Of a stretch of DNA of 64,000 bases, positions 1 to 8,821 are shown one piece after another. The translations under genes were made by a program, and so were the position numbers. Under the pieces are notes generated by a model. The model was not told where the DNA came from and did not search any database. It worked only from the letters and a program-made list of their open reading frames with translations. This DNA comes from an uncultured Dehalococcoidales bacterium (lineage in GTDB: Bacteria; Chloroflexota; Dehalococcoidia; Dehalococcoidales; UBA5627). The stretch lies in contig CAYNQR010000004.1 of the NCBI GenBank assembly GCA_964399425.1, positions 13,076 through 77,075 on the forward strand, read 5' to 3'. Every line of letters starts with the position of its first letter. Position 1 is the first letter of the stretch.

Positions 1-1
1 G

Positions 2-946
2 TCTACTGTCATTATCACAGAATCTACTTCGACACAACCCATCAACACTACATCGCAATCTACTAATAGTACAATCCAATCAACAACTACACAATCCACA
101 AGCAATACAACACAATCTTCTACAGCGCAGTCTACAAACACTGCTACACAAACCACAACACAAGAACCTCAAGTTGACCCTTGTGATAATATTTATTTTG
201 CAAAATGGCTTGGATATATGGGATATGCCTTATATGAAGAAATGGCTTATTTCCAGTTTACCTATATTGACTATAATAAATCGACCGCATTGGAAGACAA
301 TGTCCTCTCGGTTGAACTACTACCAAACAACCAGGTAATTACTGTAAATGATTTCGAATTTTTATACGGATCATCCGAAAAAGTATTCGACATTAAAACC
401 GTCAATATTCTCTGTAATATCATAAAAAGCGGGGATACGGAAATCAATCAAATCCTTTTCCATATGCAAAACGGCAAGGAATACATTTGGAATATAGGTT
501 CAATTATAATAGAGGTTGTTGATTTACCACAACACGATTATGTATCGCTTGGTTTGAGAGCATTTGTTGAGTCACAACTTGACAGATACTATTTTGTATT
601 GAATAACAAAACCAAAGATATTATCAACCTGACGAGCCTGGAATACACAATGCCTACAGGATTACTCACCTATACACTTACAGGCTCTAAATCACAAACG
701 GAAGTAAGTAATGACGAGCAAAATACCAGCATGGATTTATTACAGGCAAACGAAAGCAGATTATTCACATATTCACTAAAATACACACAATACGGTGAAT
801 GTGATTTCTTTGTTCTTAAACCGTTCCTAAAATACGAATTAAATGATAGCTCTTATACTATGCCGCTTGATTTCTGTATTTATTCAGGCTACTTCACAGA
901 AGATGTTATTAACTTGATAATGGAGAATCCTTATATACAAAGTTAA
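2..946 (+). CDS. Partial (5' end outside window) exported/surface protein: Thr/Ser/Gln-rich low-complexity linker followed by ~240-aa domain of unknown function
   Basis: Frame of ORF 218..946 stays open with no stop back to nt 2. Nt 2-180 translate to STVIITESTSTQPINTTSQSTNSTIQSTTTQSTSNTTQSSTAQSTNTATQTTTQEPQ. No catalytic motif recognised. Confidence 0.55.
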   Translation, partial: STVIITESTSTQPINTTSQSTNSTIQSTTTQSTSNTTQSSTAQSTNTATQTTTQEPQVDPCDNIYFAKWLGYMGYALYEEMAYFQFTYIDYNKSTALEDNVLSVELLPNNQVITVNDFEFLYGSSEKVFDIKTVNILCNIIKSGDTEINQILFHMQNGKEYIWNIGSIIIEVVDLPQHDYVSLGLRAFVESQLDRYYFVLNNKTKDIINLTSLEYTMPTGLLTYTLTGSKSQTEVSNDEQNTSMDLLQANESRLFTYSLKYTQYGECDFFVLKPFLKYELNDSSYTMPLDFCIYSGYFTEDVINLIMENPYIQS

Positions 947-990
947 CGAGGTGAAATCTCAAAGGAAGAACTGGATGAAATAGACAGGCT

Positions 991-1054
991 ATACGGAGTA
1001 TGGCAGGTTGACCTTACAATGCCCTGTCCTTCTGGCACAGGGGTTGGGCAGGGA
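991..1054 (+). promoter_or_regulatory. Conserved 64-nt leader element, copy 1 (candidate cis-regulatory RNA or leader mini-ORF) upstream of exported-protein gene 1100..1639
   Basis: 58/64 nt identical without gaps to 56601..56664. GGCAGG (1002-1007) and GGGCAGGG (1046-1053) are both complementary to CCCTGTCC (1022-1029). ATG at 1019 opens a 19-codon ORF MPCPSGTGVGQGRTYTDNK ending at 1078. Confidence 0.5.
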
Positions 1055-1099
1055 CGTACATACACGGATAACAAATAAATAATTTTATAAGGAGAAAAA

Positions 1100-1639
1100 A
1101 TGAAAAAGAAGATATTGTATGTTTTACTTGCAATTACTCTTGCTCTGGTTGGGGCATTTGGCACGACGGTTAATGGTGTTACGGCGGCAGAGCGTGATGA
1201 TGCGTTGCCGGTGACCGGTTATGAATTAATAATAAATGAGTCCTCAGGATTATCGGAGTCGGATTTTGAAGTTAAAATAATCTTTGAAGAACCTGCTTCC
1301 AGTCGTAATTATTCTGATACACAAACGATAACATTAGAATTATATTATTATGGCGGGCTTATTGCACAATATAGCCAGACTGTATGGTGGCAATGGGATT
1401 ATACTTATGTTATGGCTTGGAATCGGTCATCATCTGCCTCAGTTGGACAATATGGAGGTTGTCGAAGTTACTATCTAGGGGAAATTGATGGATATGGATA
1501 CAACTATGCAAGCTATGTTGAATGCATGAGCAAGGGTCGATTTCAAATTCGAGATATTGGAAGTGGCGAACTTGTAGCGACGGTGGATATTACCATTGTA
1601 GCGGGTTATGGAGCAGACGGAGGCTATTGGATTATATAA
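1100..1639 (+). CDS. Secreted protein of unknown function (Sec-type signal peptide)
   Basis: N-terminus MKKKILYVLLAITLALVGAFGTTVNGVTAAE has an n/h/c signal-peptide layout. SD aaggaga lies just upstream of the ATG. The Tyr/Gly/Trp-rich mature part has no recognisable motif. Confidence 0.6.
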   Translation: MKKKILYVLLAITLALVGAFGTTVNGVTAAERDDALPVTGYELIINESSGLSESDFEVKIIFEEPASSRNYSDTQTITLELYYYGGLIAQYSQTVWWQWDYTYVMAWNRSSSASVGQYGGCRSYYLGEIDGYGYNYASYVECMSKGRFQIRDIGSGELVATVDITIVAGYGADGGYWII

Positions 1640-1728
1640 GTAATAGTATTCTGAAACGGTAGCAGGTTCAGAACTGGAAGCATTAATCCGCACTGTTTCT
1701 GAACCTGCTTTACAATAGGGAGTATCGT

Positions 1729-2661
1729 ATGGCTGAAGAAAATATATTGGTAACCAGGGGGCTTACAAAGAGATTCGGCAACAATAAGAAAAGTATTATT
1801 GCAGTAGACAACCTCGACCTGGAAGTGCACAGGGGCGAGGTATTCGGCTTTCTGGGTCCTAACGGTTCTGGGAAAACGACTACCATCGGAATGCTGTTGG
1901 GGTTGATATGGCCGACTTCGGGTACGATAGAGTTTTTCGGTGATGAGAAGAGCAAACCGGCAAAGTTACTGAGAAGAGTCGGGGTCGTGATGGATACCCC
2001 CTCTTTTTTCCCGTACCTGTCGGGGCTTAACAACCTGCGCTACTTTGCCATTATAACGAATTGTGCCAACCGTGGGGATATAGACAAAGCTATAGAGATG
2101 GTAGGGCTTAACGAGAGGGCCAAAGACAAGGTGCGCACATATTCGATGGGAATGAAACAGCGGTTGTCGGTGGCTTTGGCGCTGATGCATGACCCCGAAC
2201 TGGTGATACTGGATGAGCCTACCAACGGGCTCGACCCTTCCGGAATAATAGAATTCCGTGAAACGATACGCAGGCTTCGGGGGAACGGGAAGACGGTATT
2301 TCTATCCAGCCATCTGTTGAGTGAGGTAGAGAAAGTCTGCAGCCATGTCGCATTAATAGACAAGGGTAGGATTCTGGCGAGAGGGTCTGTAGAGGAACTG
2401 CTGGGAAGGACGAAAGCGATTTGGCTCAAGGTATCCGATGCAGACGGGGCAGTCTGCCTGTTAGAGCGTATTGAATGGATAAAGTCGGTGAAGAAGAAAG
2501 AAACGGGGCTGGTCGTGGCCGAAGCAGAAGAGAAAAGGGCTTATGAAATAAACGAACTGCTGATAGCCAACGGAATCCACGTGCATGAGACGAAGATAAG
2601 CGAAGGATCGCTGGAGGATTTCTTCCTAGCCACGATAGATGCCGGAGAGACGGTGAAATGA
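1729..2661 (+). CDS. ABC transporter ATP-binding protein (ABC-2 exporter type)
   Basis: Walker A GPNGSGKTT, signature-like YSMGMKQRLS, Walker B LVILDEPTNGLD, H-loop SSHLLSE. Confidence 0.9.
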   Translation: MAEENILVTRGLTKRFGNNKKSIIAVDNLDLEVHRGEVFGFLGPNGSGKTTTIGMLLGLIWPTSGTIEFFGDEKSKPAKLLRRVGVVMDTPSFFPYLSGLNNLRYFAIITNCANRGDIDKAIEMVGLNERAKDKVRTYSMGMKQRLSVALALMHDPELVILDEPTNGLDPSGIIEFRETIRRLRGNGKTVFLSSHLLSEVEKVCSHVALIDKGRILARGSVEELLGRTKAIWLKVSDADGAVCLLERIEWIKSVKKKETGLVVAEAEEKRAYEINELLIANGIHVHETKISEGSLEDFFLATIDAGETVK

Positions 2662-3656
2662 TAAGGCTGGTCCTGGCAGACCTTTTCCAGTTCCTCAGGA
2701 GATGGATGCCGTATGTCCTGTTGCTTTCGTTATGTTTATCCGTGCTGATTTCTATAGAATTCGATTGTTACCAGATAAAACAGTTGATAGACTACGGGGT
2801 TACGTACGACGATTATATCGCGGCGTTGGAAACGGGAGATCCGGAGGCTCTGAGGGTAGTCCTTTCTTCTATAACATATGAAGACGGTAGCAGTTCAACA
2901 TGGGTTGTATATATGAACACATTCGACAAAATAGTTATACCGGATTATATGGATACGATGTTTTCCTATATAGACTATATTGCTTTGTTCTTTATCATGC
3001 TGGCGGCATCGTTTATCGGTGCGGAATACCAGTGGGGGACGTTGAGCCAGACGCTGGCAAGGGGGATAGGGAGGAACTCGTATTTCGGCTCGAAGTATGT
3101 TTCGCTTGCCATACTGGCATGGCTGTTTGTTTGCGGAGCAACGTTTTTCGTTCTTATTACCGGTATGATAACAACCTGGCTGGTAACAGGCGGAATAACG
3201 TGGGATTTCATATCGACGGCTACGGTGGGATACCTTCTTTCATCTATGGGATTAATAACGTTGATACTGCTGGCATACGCCACACTTACAGCACTGTTTT
3301 CCAGTTCTCTGAAATCTACTGTTGCAGGTATGGTAGCAGGCGTGATGTATCTGCAAATGGAAGATTACCTTGTAGGGTTGGCAATCAGCGGTTCCAGATT
3401 CTCGACGTATGATTCTCTGCTTGGCCAATGGGTAACACCCGCTCCGCCTGAATGGCTGGCATACACCGTCGGTTATAACGCCCAGTATCTGATGGCGCAT
3501 ATATCACCCGGCTTGGGGGAGTCATCGACTTATTTTAATCATAACCTGACAAACGTAACGCAGTCGGTATTGGTGCTGACAGGATATTGTGTGATTTTTA
3601 TATGTATAAGTTTTCTTATCTTCCGCAAGCAGAATTTGACCAGTGATCAAAATTGA
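2658..3656 (+). CDS. ABC-2 family transporter permease, paralog 1
   Basis: ATGA start/stop overlap with the ATPase gene. N-terminal TM helix, large loop, then a multi-TM hydrophobic core. Clear paralog of 3720..4703. Confidence 0.7.
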   Translation: MIRLVLADLFQFLRRWMPYVLLLSLCLSVLISIEFDCYQIKQLIDYGVTYDDYIAALETGDPEALRVVLSSITYEDGSSSTWVVYMNTFDKIVIPDYMDTMFSYIDYIALFFIMLAASFIGAEYQWGTLSQTLARGIGRNSYFGSKYVSLAILAWLFVCGATFFVLITGMITTWLVTGGITWDFISTATVGYLLSSMGLITLILLAYATLTALFSSSLKSTVAGMVAGVMYLQMEDYLVGLAISGSRFSTYDSLLGQWVTPAPPEWLAYTVGYNAQYLMAHISPGLGESSTYFNHNLTNVTQSVLVLTGYCVIFICISFLIFRKQNLTSDQN

Positions 3657-3719
3657 TTCCCTTAATGCATACGGGAGGAATATTGCCATGATTTATAGTA
3701 ATGCAGGGGATATAAAGAG

Positions 3720-4703
3720 ATGATAAGGCTTGTGATGGCAGACCTGTTCAAGTTTCTCAGGAGGTGGCTGCCGTATATCCTGTTACTGCTCTTATGTCTG
3801 TATATGATTAATTTTATACAAAATGATTATTCTCATGCAAAACATATATTAGACTATGGGGCAGGGCTGTCATACTCCGATTATGCCGCTGCGTTGGAGC
3901 AGACAGACCCGGATGAAGCATATGTAACGATATCTTCTTCAGGTGAGGGTTTCTCCGGCAAGCGGAGTATCGCCAAGAGAGTTTTTGAGGCGGTGGTACT
4001 ACCCGATTATATTTACAGGATGTTTGAAAACCTTCAGAATAACTACCTTTACCTGTGCCTGCCGTTTGTTATATTGGCGGCATCGTTTATCGGTACGGAA
4101 TACAAGTGGGGAACGTTGCGTCAGACGCTGGCAAGAGGTATAGGGCGGAACTCATACTTCAGCTCCAAGTATGTTACACTTGCCGTATTGGCATGGCTGT
4201 TTGTTTGCGGAGTAACCTTCTACTTCCTTGTTGCAGGTATGGTAACCACATGGCTGATTAGCGGCGGGATGTCGTGGGATTTCATATCGACGGATACGGC
4301 GAAATATCTTCTTTCATCGATGGGATTGATAACGTTGATACTGATGGCGTTTGCAGCATTTACGGCGCTCTTTTCCACCATTTTTAAATCTACTGTCGTA
4401 GGAATGATAGCCGGTATTATATATCTACAGATGGAAAACAGGGTTATAGTTAGGGCAATCACCGATTCGGGGATCAGGTTCGGTGAAGCTGCCAATCCGC
4501 CGGAATGGCTGGCATATACCATCACTTACAATGCCCAGTATTTACTTGGTTACATAACACCTGACTCAACGATATATGGCGAATATTTGAATTACACTAT
4601 TACAGATACGACGCAGTCTATACTAACGCTGCTTGCATTCTGTGCCGTTTTTATCCTGATAAGTTTTCTTATCTTCCGCAAGCAGGAATTAGTAACGGAG
4701 TAG
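3720..4703 (+). CDS. ABC-2 family transporter permease, paralog 2 (tandem duplicate)
   Basis: Same architecture and the same first residues (MIRLVxADLFxFLRRW) as 2658..3656. Long identical nucleotide runs, e.g. ggcggcatcgtttatcggt and ataagttttcttatcttccgcaagcag, occur in both genes. Confidence 0.7.
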   Translation: MIRLVMADLFKFLRRWLPYILLLLLCLYMINFIQNDYSHAKHILDYGAGLSYSDYAAALEQTDPDEAYVTISSSGEGFSGKRSIAKRVFEAVVLPDYIYRMFENLQNNYLYLCLPFVILAASFIGTEYKWGTLRQTLARGIGRNSYFSSKYVTLAVLAWLFVCGVTFYFLVAGMVTTWLISGGMSWDFISTDTAKYLLSSMGLITLILMAFAAFTALFSTIFKSTVVGMIAGIIYLQMENRVIVRAITDSGIRFGEAANPPEWLAYTITYNAQYLLGYITPDSTIYGEYLNYTITDTTQSILTLLAFCAVFILISFLIFRKQELVTE

Positions 4704-4784
4704 AGACGGTTGAAGATACAGGGTAATGTCGGCAGAGCGCGATAATTCGTTACGGTTTTTGGGCGTGAAGTAATAATAGCAGAT

Positions 4785-4937
4785 GAATCTTCCGGGTTAT
4801 CGGAATAGGATTTTAGCGTATCGATATACTGAGTGGAGTGACTCTTATCTGTGGATGATGCAACAATAGTTTACCCCGGGCACGGGCCGAAAACCACTAT
4901 CGGAGCCGAGCGCCGGGGTAATCCTTTTCTTGTTTAG
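4785..4937 (+). pseudogene. Decayed 3' remnant of an MBL-fold metallo-hydrolase (glyoxalase II-like) gene
   Basis: 4842-4937 translate to [31 protein letters not shown], matching the typical C-terminus of MBL-fold hydrolases (..VYPGHGPxTTIGxE..NPF). The same frame has in-frame stops at 4812, 4833 and 4839 and no start. Confidence 0.5.
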
Positions 4938-4941
4938 ACTT

Positions 4942-6984
4942 CTATAGAAGACCGCCAAAACCAACCAGAACCGGCGCGATAACCAGCGCGATTATGGTAA
5001 TCAGTTTTATCATGATATTCAACGAAGGGCCTGAAGTATCCTTCATCGGGTCGCCTACCGTGTCGCCGACAACTGCTGCCTTATGGGCATCAGAACCCTT
5101 GCCGCCGTAAGCTCCGGTTTCCACCCATTTCTTGGCATTGTCCCATGAGCCGCCGGCATTGGCGAAGCTGATGGCCAGAATAAGTCCGGTAATAATGGCG
5201 CCGATTAAGAAACCGCCGAGAGCAACCGGGCCTAATAGAATACCGACAACAACCGGGGAAAGGATAGTGACGACACCCGGAAGAATCATCTGCTTGATGG
5301 AATCCTTGGTGCAGATATCGACGCACTTGGCGTAATCCGGTTTTTGGGTGTTATCCATAATACCCGGCATTTCCTTGAACTGGCGGCGGACTTCGTTAAC
5401 GATGGAGAAACTGGATTTTCCGACCGCTTTTAAGGTCATGGCGCAGAAAACAGCCGGCAGCAGACCGCCGAGGAAAAGACCGGCAACCACATGCGGGTCG
5501 AGCAGGCTGATATCGGAGGCATTGATACCTACCGCCTGAGTATAAGAGAAGAGCAGCGCCAGCGCCGTTAAACCGGCCGCGCCGATGGCAAAACCCTTGC
5601 CGGTTGCGGCAGTGGTGTTGCCGAGCGAATCCAGCGCATCGGTTCTTTTCCTGATTTCTTCCGGCAAGCCGGACATCTCGACGATACCGCCTGCATTATC
5701 GGCAACCGGGCCGTAAGCATCGGTGGCATCCTGAATACCGAGAATTGCCAGCATACCGACGCCGGCGATGGCGATACCATAAATATCACCCAGGTTATAG
5801 GCCAGTACAATAGCTACAACAATGATGATAACAGGCGGAAGAGTGCTCATTAAGCCGTTGGCGAAACCGCTGACAATATTGGTTCCGGCTCCTGTCTGGG
5901 AAGCCTTTGAAATCTCAAGAGTGGGTTTGTATACATATGAAGTGTAGTAATTGGTGCTTTCACCGATAAGCACGCCTGCAACGATACCGGTCAGAATTGC
6001 CCAGAAGACATTCAGGTCTACTCCCATCAACTGAACGATAATAAAAGAGAAAATGGCAGTCAGGATGGCAGCACCAAATGTGCCGCGACGCAGCGCATTC
6101 AACAGGGCTTTCATCTGGAGTTTCTCACCGACTCTTATCATGAAGATACCCAAAATAGATGCCAGGATACCGCCGGCAGCTATCATCAATGGCAGGAACC
6201 ATGCCGTTTCCATATCGGGAACCAGCGATTTACCGAGTGTTGTGGAGAAGACGGCTATCATACCGAGCGTCATGGTGGCAATAATTGAATCTACATATGA
6301 TTCAAAGAGGTCGGCGCCCATACCGGCAACATCGCCTACATTGTCGCCGACAAAGTCGGCCACTACTGCGGCATTGCGATGGTCGTCTTCCGGGATGCCT
6401 TTTTCAACCTTGCCGACAATATCGGCACCGGTATCGGCTGCCTTGGTGAAGATACCTCCGCCGACTCTGGCAAAGATGGCTACCGAAGATGCTCCGAAAC
6501 CGTAACCGGGGATAATGGCCAGGAAGTTGGCATTCTCTCCGAAGATAAGATACAGAATGCTTAAACCGAGGATACCGATACCGACTACCGATAATCCCAT
6601 GACAGCGCCGCTGCGGAATGAAACGCGCAGGCCGTGATTCAGGCTTTCCTGTGCCGCTGCCGCTGTCCTCGAGTTAGCCCTGATGGCAATGCTCATCCCG
6701 ACAAAGCCCGCCAGTCCGGAACAGACAGCGCCGAAGACGAATGAAAAAGCTACCGACCAGCCGAGAGCGGGAACCACTCCCAGTATTATCGCCACAATGA
6801 CAACGAAGATTGCCAGTATGCGATATTCCCTTCCCAGGAAGGCTAGCGCTCCTTCTTTGATGGCGGCTGAAATTTCCTGTACCTGCTTGTTTCCCTGAGG
6901 CTGTTTAAGCACATATCTGGCAAACAAGCCGGCTACGGCTAATCCCAGCACACCCGCTAGAATCGAGACAAAAATTAGACTCAA
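4942..6984 (-). CDS. hppA: Membrane-integral H+/Na+-translocating pyrophosphatase, K+-dependent subtype
   Basis: 680 aa, multi-TM. Motifs GGGIFTKAADTGADIVGKVE, DNVGDVAGMGADLFES, VGDTVGDPMKDTSGPSLN. GNTTAA (Ala, not Lys) marks the K+-dependent class. Confidence 0.95.
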   Translation of the reverse strand: MSLIFVSILAGVLGLAVAGLFARYVLKQPQGNKQVQEISAAIKEGALAFLGREYRILAIFVVIVAIILGVVPALGWSVAFSFVFGAVCSGLAGFVGMSIAIRANSRTAAAAQESLNHGLRVSFRSGAVMGLSVVGIGILGLSILYLIFGENANFLAIIPGYGFGASSVAIFARVGGGIFTKAADTGADIVGKVEKGIPEDDHRNAAVVADFVGDNVGDVAGMGADLFESYVDSIIATMTLGMIAVFSTTLGKSLVPDMETAWFLPLMIAAGGILASILGIFMIRVGEKLQMKALLNALRRGTFGAAILTAIFSFIIVQLMGVDLNVFWAILTGIVAGVLIGESTNYYTSYVYKPTLEISKASQTGAGTNIVSGFANGLMSTLPPVIIIVVAIVLAYNLGDIYGIAIAGVGMLAILGIQDATDAYGPVADNAGGIVEMSGLPEEIRKRTDALDSLGNTTAATGKGFAIGAAGLTALALLFSYTQAVGINASDISLLDPHVVAGLFLGGLLPAVFCAMTLKAVGKSSFSIVNEVRRQFKEMPGIMDNTQKPDYAKCVDICTKDSIKQMILPGVVTILSPVVVGILLGPVALGGFLIGAIITGLILAISFANAGGSWDNAKKWVETGAYGGKGSDAHKAAVVGDTVGDPMKDTSGPSLNIMIKLITIIALVIAPVLVGFGGLL

Positions 6985-6986
6985 TA

Positions 6987-7628
6987 CTATGTTCTCCTTT
7001 CGTAATATTTTTCCAGTTTATTTTCGAGACTTTTTTGTTGAATCATCAGAGTTAAATCGCTGCGCGTTTTTTCGAGCACACCGCGGAAATTGTCGGTGGT
7101 GCGTCTTAAGCCGCCGGTGATGGCATCGGGGAAATCGATGGTTACGAGAGTATTATAGATATCGTCCATGGCTTCCAGCAGTTCTTCTCCGCGCGACTGG
7201 TCGCCTTTTCTAAGCCCGTCAAGAAGGTAGCGTCTCAATTCGCCTACAGCCTCTCCCAGACCGTTAAGATAGGCGGCATAGTCCACACCCAGTTCATCGG
7301 GAGCGGGAAGCGATTCTTTGTTTATTAAAGCGTAAGTGGCATAACCCTCTGCCAGTTCTTTTTGTGCATCGTGGAGGAAGCCGGTGTTGCGCAGTTCGCT
7401 GCAATTGCTGATAGCATTTCCGGCATCCGCCAGCAGTGTTTTGGCAGTTTGCAGCATCTCTTTTGCTTTGTCGAATTCCTGACGGTGTATGGCTCGGATG
7501 GCGTTGCCGCAATAGCGGATAGCTTCGCGGCAGAGAGGGAGGGATTTCTCACGGGCAGCGTCTTTTTCTGAAAAGTCTTTTCTTATTATTCCGGCAATCG
7601 TATCCAGTTTATCTGCAAGTTCACTCAT
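6987..7628 (-). CDS. Translin-family protein (bacterial homolog)
   Basis: 213-aa all-helical protein. C-terminal half ..DYAAYLNGLGEAVGELRRYLLDGLR.. resembles the translin/TRAX YxxGLxDxxGEL core. Overlaps the thiE stop by 8 nt. Confidence 0.5.
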   Translation of the reverse strand: MSELADKLDTIAGIIRKDFSEKDAAREKSLPLCREAIRYCGNAIRAIHRQEFDKAKEMLQTAKTLLADAGNAISNCSELRNTGFLHDAQKELAEGYATYALINKESLPAPDELGVDYAAYLNGLGEAVGELRRYLLDGLRKGDQSRGEELLEAMDDIYNTLVTIDFPDAITGGLRRTTDNFRGVLEKTRSDLTLMIQQKSLENKLEKYYERRT

Positions 7629-8694
7629 TCGTTAGACCCATCTTTTTTATTATCTGTTCGGTGGCTTCGTTCGGAGAGCGAGCTCCCAGTATGGCGCTTA
7701 TCAGGGCGACAGAGTCGGCCCCGCAAGAAATTACTTCTGATATATTATCATAATTTATACCGCCTAATCCAACTACAGGAACAATTGCCTTGTCTTTTAT
7801 ACGGCGCAGGCTTTCCAATCCGATTACTTTTACGCCTGTCTTGCTGCCGGTCGGGTAGATGGCGGCAGCGGCGATGTAATCCGCTCCCTCCTCCTGTGCT
7901 ATAGCGGCTTCCTGCAGTGTGCTTACGGAGCAGCCGATGATTTTATCTACCGGCATAAGTTTTCTGGCAACGGATACAGGGATATCGTCCTGCCCGATGT
8001 GTACCCCGTCGGCGTCAGAGGCAATAGCAATGTCTATATAGTCGTTCACTATAAAGAGTGCGTTATACCGGCTGCATAATTGTTTTAATTCGATAGCTAT
8101 TGCCAAAAGGTCATTTTTAGGGGTGGTTTTATCGCGTAACTGGATGATTTTTGCGCCGCCGTCAAGAATCTGTTTGGCGATATTAAGATGACTGCGACCT
8201 TTTAAGGAATCCGTATCGATAATGGCGTATAATCCCTTTATCCTGTCTGTCTTGTTTTTTCTGAGCAGCTTCGATATCAGTTCTTTTTCTATCGTGTAGA
8301 GTTTGAAGCGCGCTTTTTCAAACCGGTTGGAGTCCAGTTCGATATCGGGTATTTTTACCAACTCCTCGATTACCCTCAACGATTGCTCGATTCGGCGGCT
8401 GTTGGCGATGACGGTAGCACTCAGGTCTCTTTTCCCCAGTTGCTGCTCCACCTTGATGTCGGCGCCGACATCGGAATCCGCCTGTCTGGACTGTAATAGT
8501 TTTTTCTTTAAAGTGAAATCGACATCCTCAAGGTCATGTCTCAGCGCTTTCAGCTCTTTTGAGAGGATTGCGTCATTCAACATCAACCTGGCGATGTCTT
8601 CCAGTAAACGCAGGCTTTCGCCGATGCGATTCAAGTTGGCATCGACGATGCGCAGCGATTGGTTCGGTAATCCTTCGGGCAATGTCATTTTCAA
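7621..8694 (-). CDS. thiE: Thiamine-phosphate synthase with N-terminal ThiD2-like domain
   Basis: C-terminal ~210 aa matches ThiE (GLYAIIDT.., QLRDK, VHIGQDD, VVGLGGIN). The N-terminal ~140 aa (RIVDANLNRIGESLRLLEDIARL) resembles the ThiD2 domain. Confidence 0.85.
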   Translation of the reverse strand: MKMTLPEGLPNQSLRIVDANLNRIGESLRLLEDIARLMLNDAILSKELKALRHDLEDVDFTLKKKLLQSRQADSDVGADIKVEQQLGKRDLSATVIANSRRIEQSLRVIEELVKIPDIELDSNRFEKARFKLYTIEKELISKLLRKNKTDRIKGLYAIIDTDSLKGRSHLNIAKQILDGGAKIIQLRDKTTPKNDLLAIAIELKQLCSRYNALFIVNDYIDIAIASDADGVHIGQDDIPVSVARKLMPVDKIIGCSVSTLQEAAIAQEEGADYIAAAAIYPTGSKTGVKVIGLESLRRIKDKAIVPVVGLGGINYDNISEVISCGADSVALISAILGARSPNEATEQIIKKMGLTNE

Positions 8695-8821
8695 AACTCT
8701 GGAATTGCAGACAATCTTAAAATACGTTTAATTTTAACATAAGAGGGGATGTGGGGGAAATGGAGCAAAATTTATAGAGCATTATTCGCCGCCGTTATGG
8801 TTCGATCCCGACAGATCGGGA

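Noticed and set aside
1040-1053. Integron attC-like core (GTTGGGC = GTTRRRY) inside the conserved leader
   Set aside because: Copy 2 reads ATTGGGC, no matching inverse core (RYYYAAC) is present, and there is no integrase or cassette array.
943-1164. Minus-strand ORF (73 aa) covering the conserved leader element
   Set aside because: It overlaps the SD and start of the plus-strand gene. In copy 2 the equivalent minus frame has no ATG/GTG/TTG start before the conserved part. However, 4 of 6 substitutions are synonymous in this frame, which is recorded as a caveat in the leader finding.
8795-8815. tRNA-like T-arm string 'ggttcgatccc' (also at 23768-23780, and in reverse at 40503-40515)
   Set aside because: The flanking bases do not form a T-stem, acceptor stem or anticodon arm. 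The string is part of a recurrent repeat module (..cgccgttatggttcgatcccgac-N-gtcggga..), not a tRNA gene.
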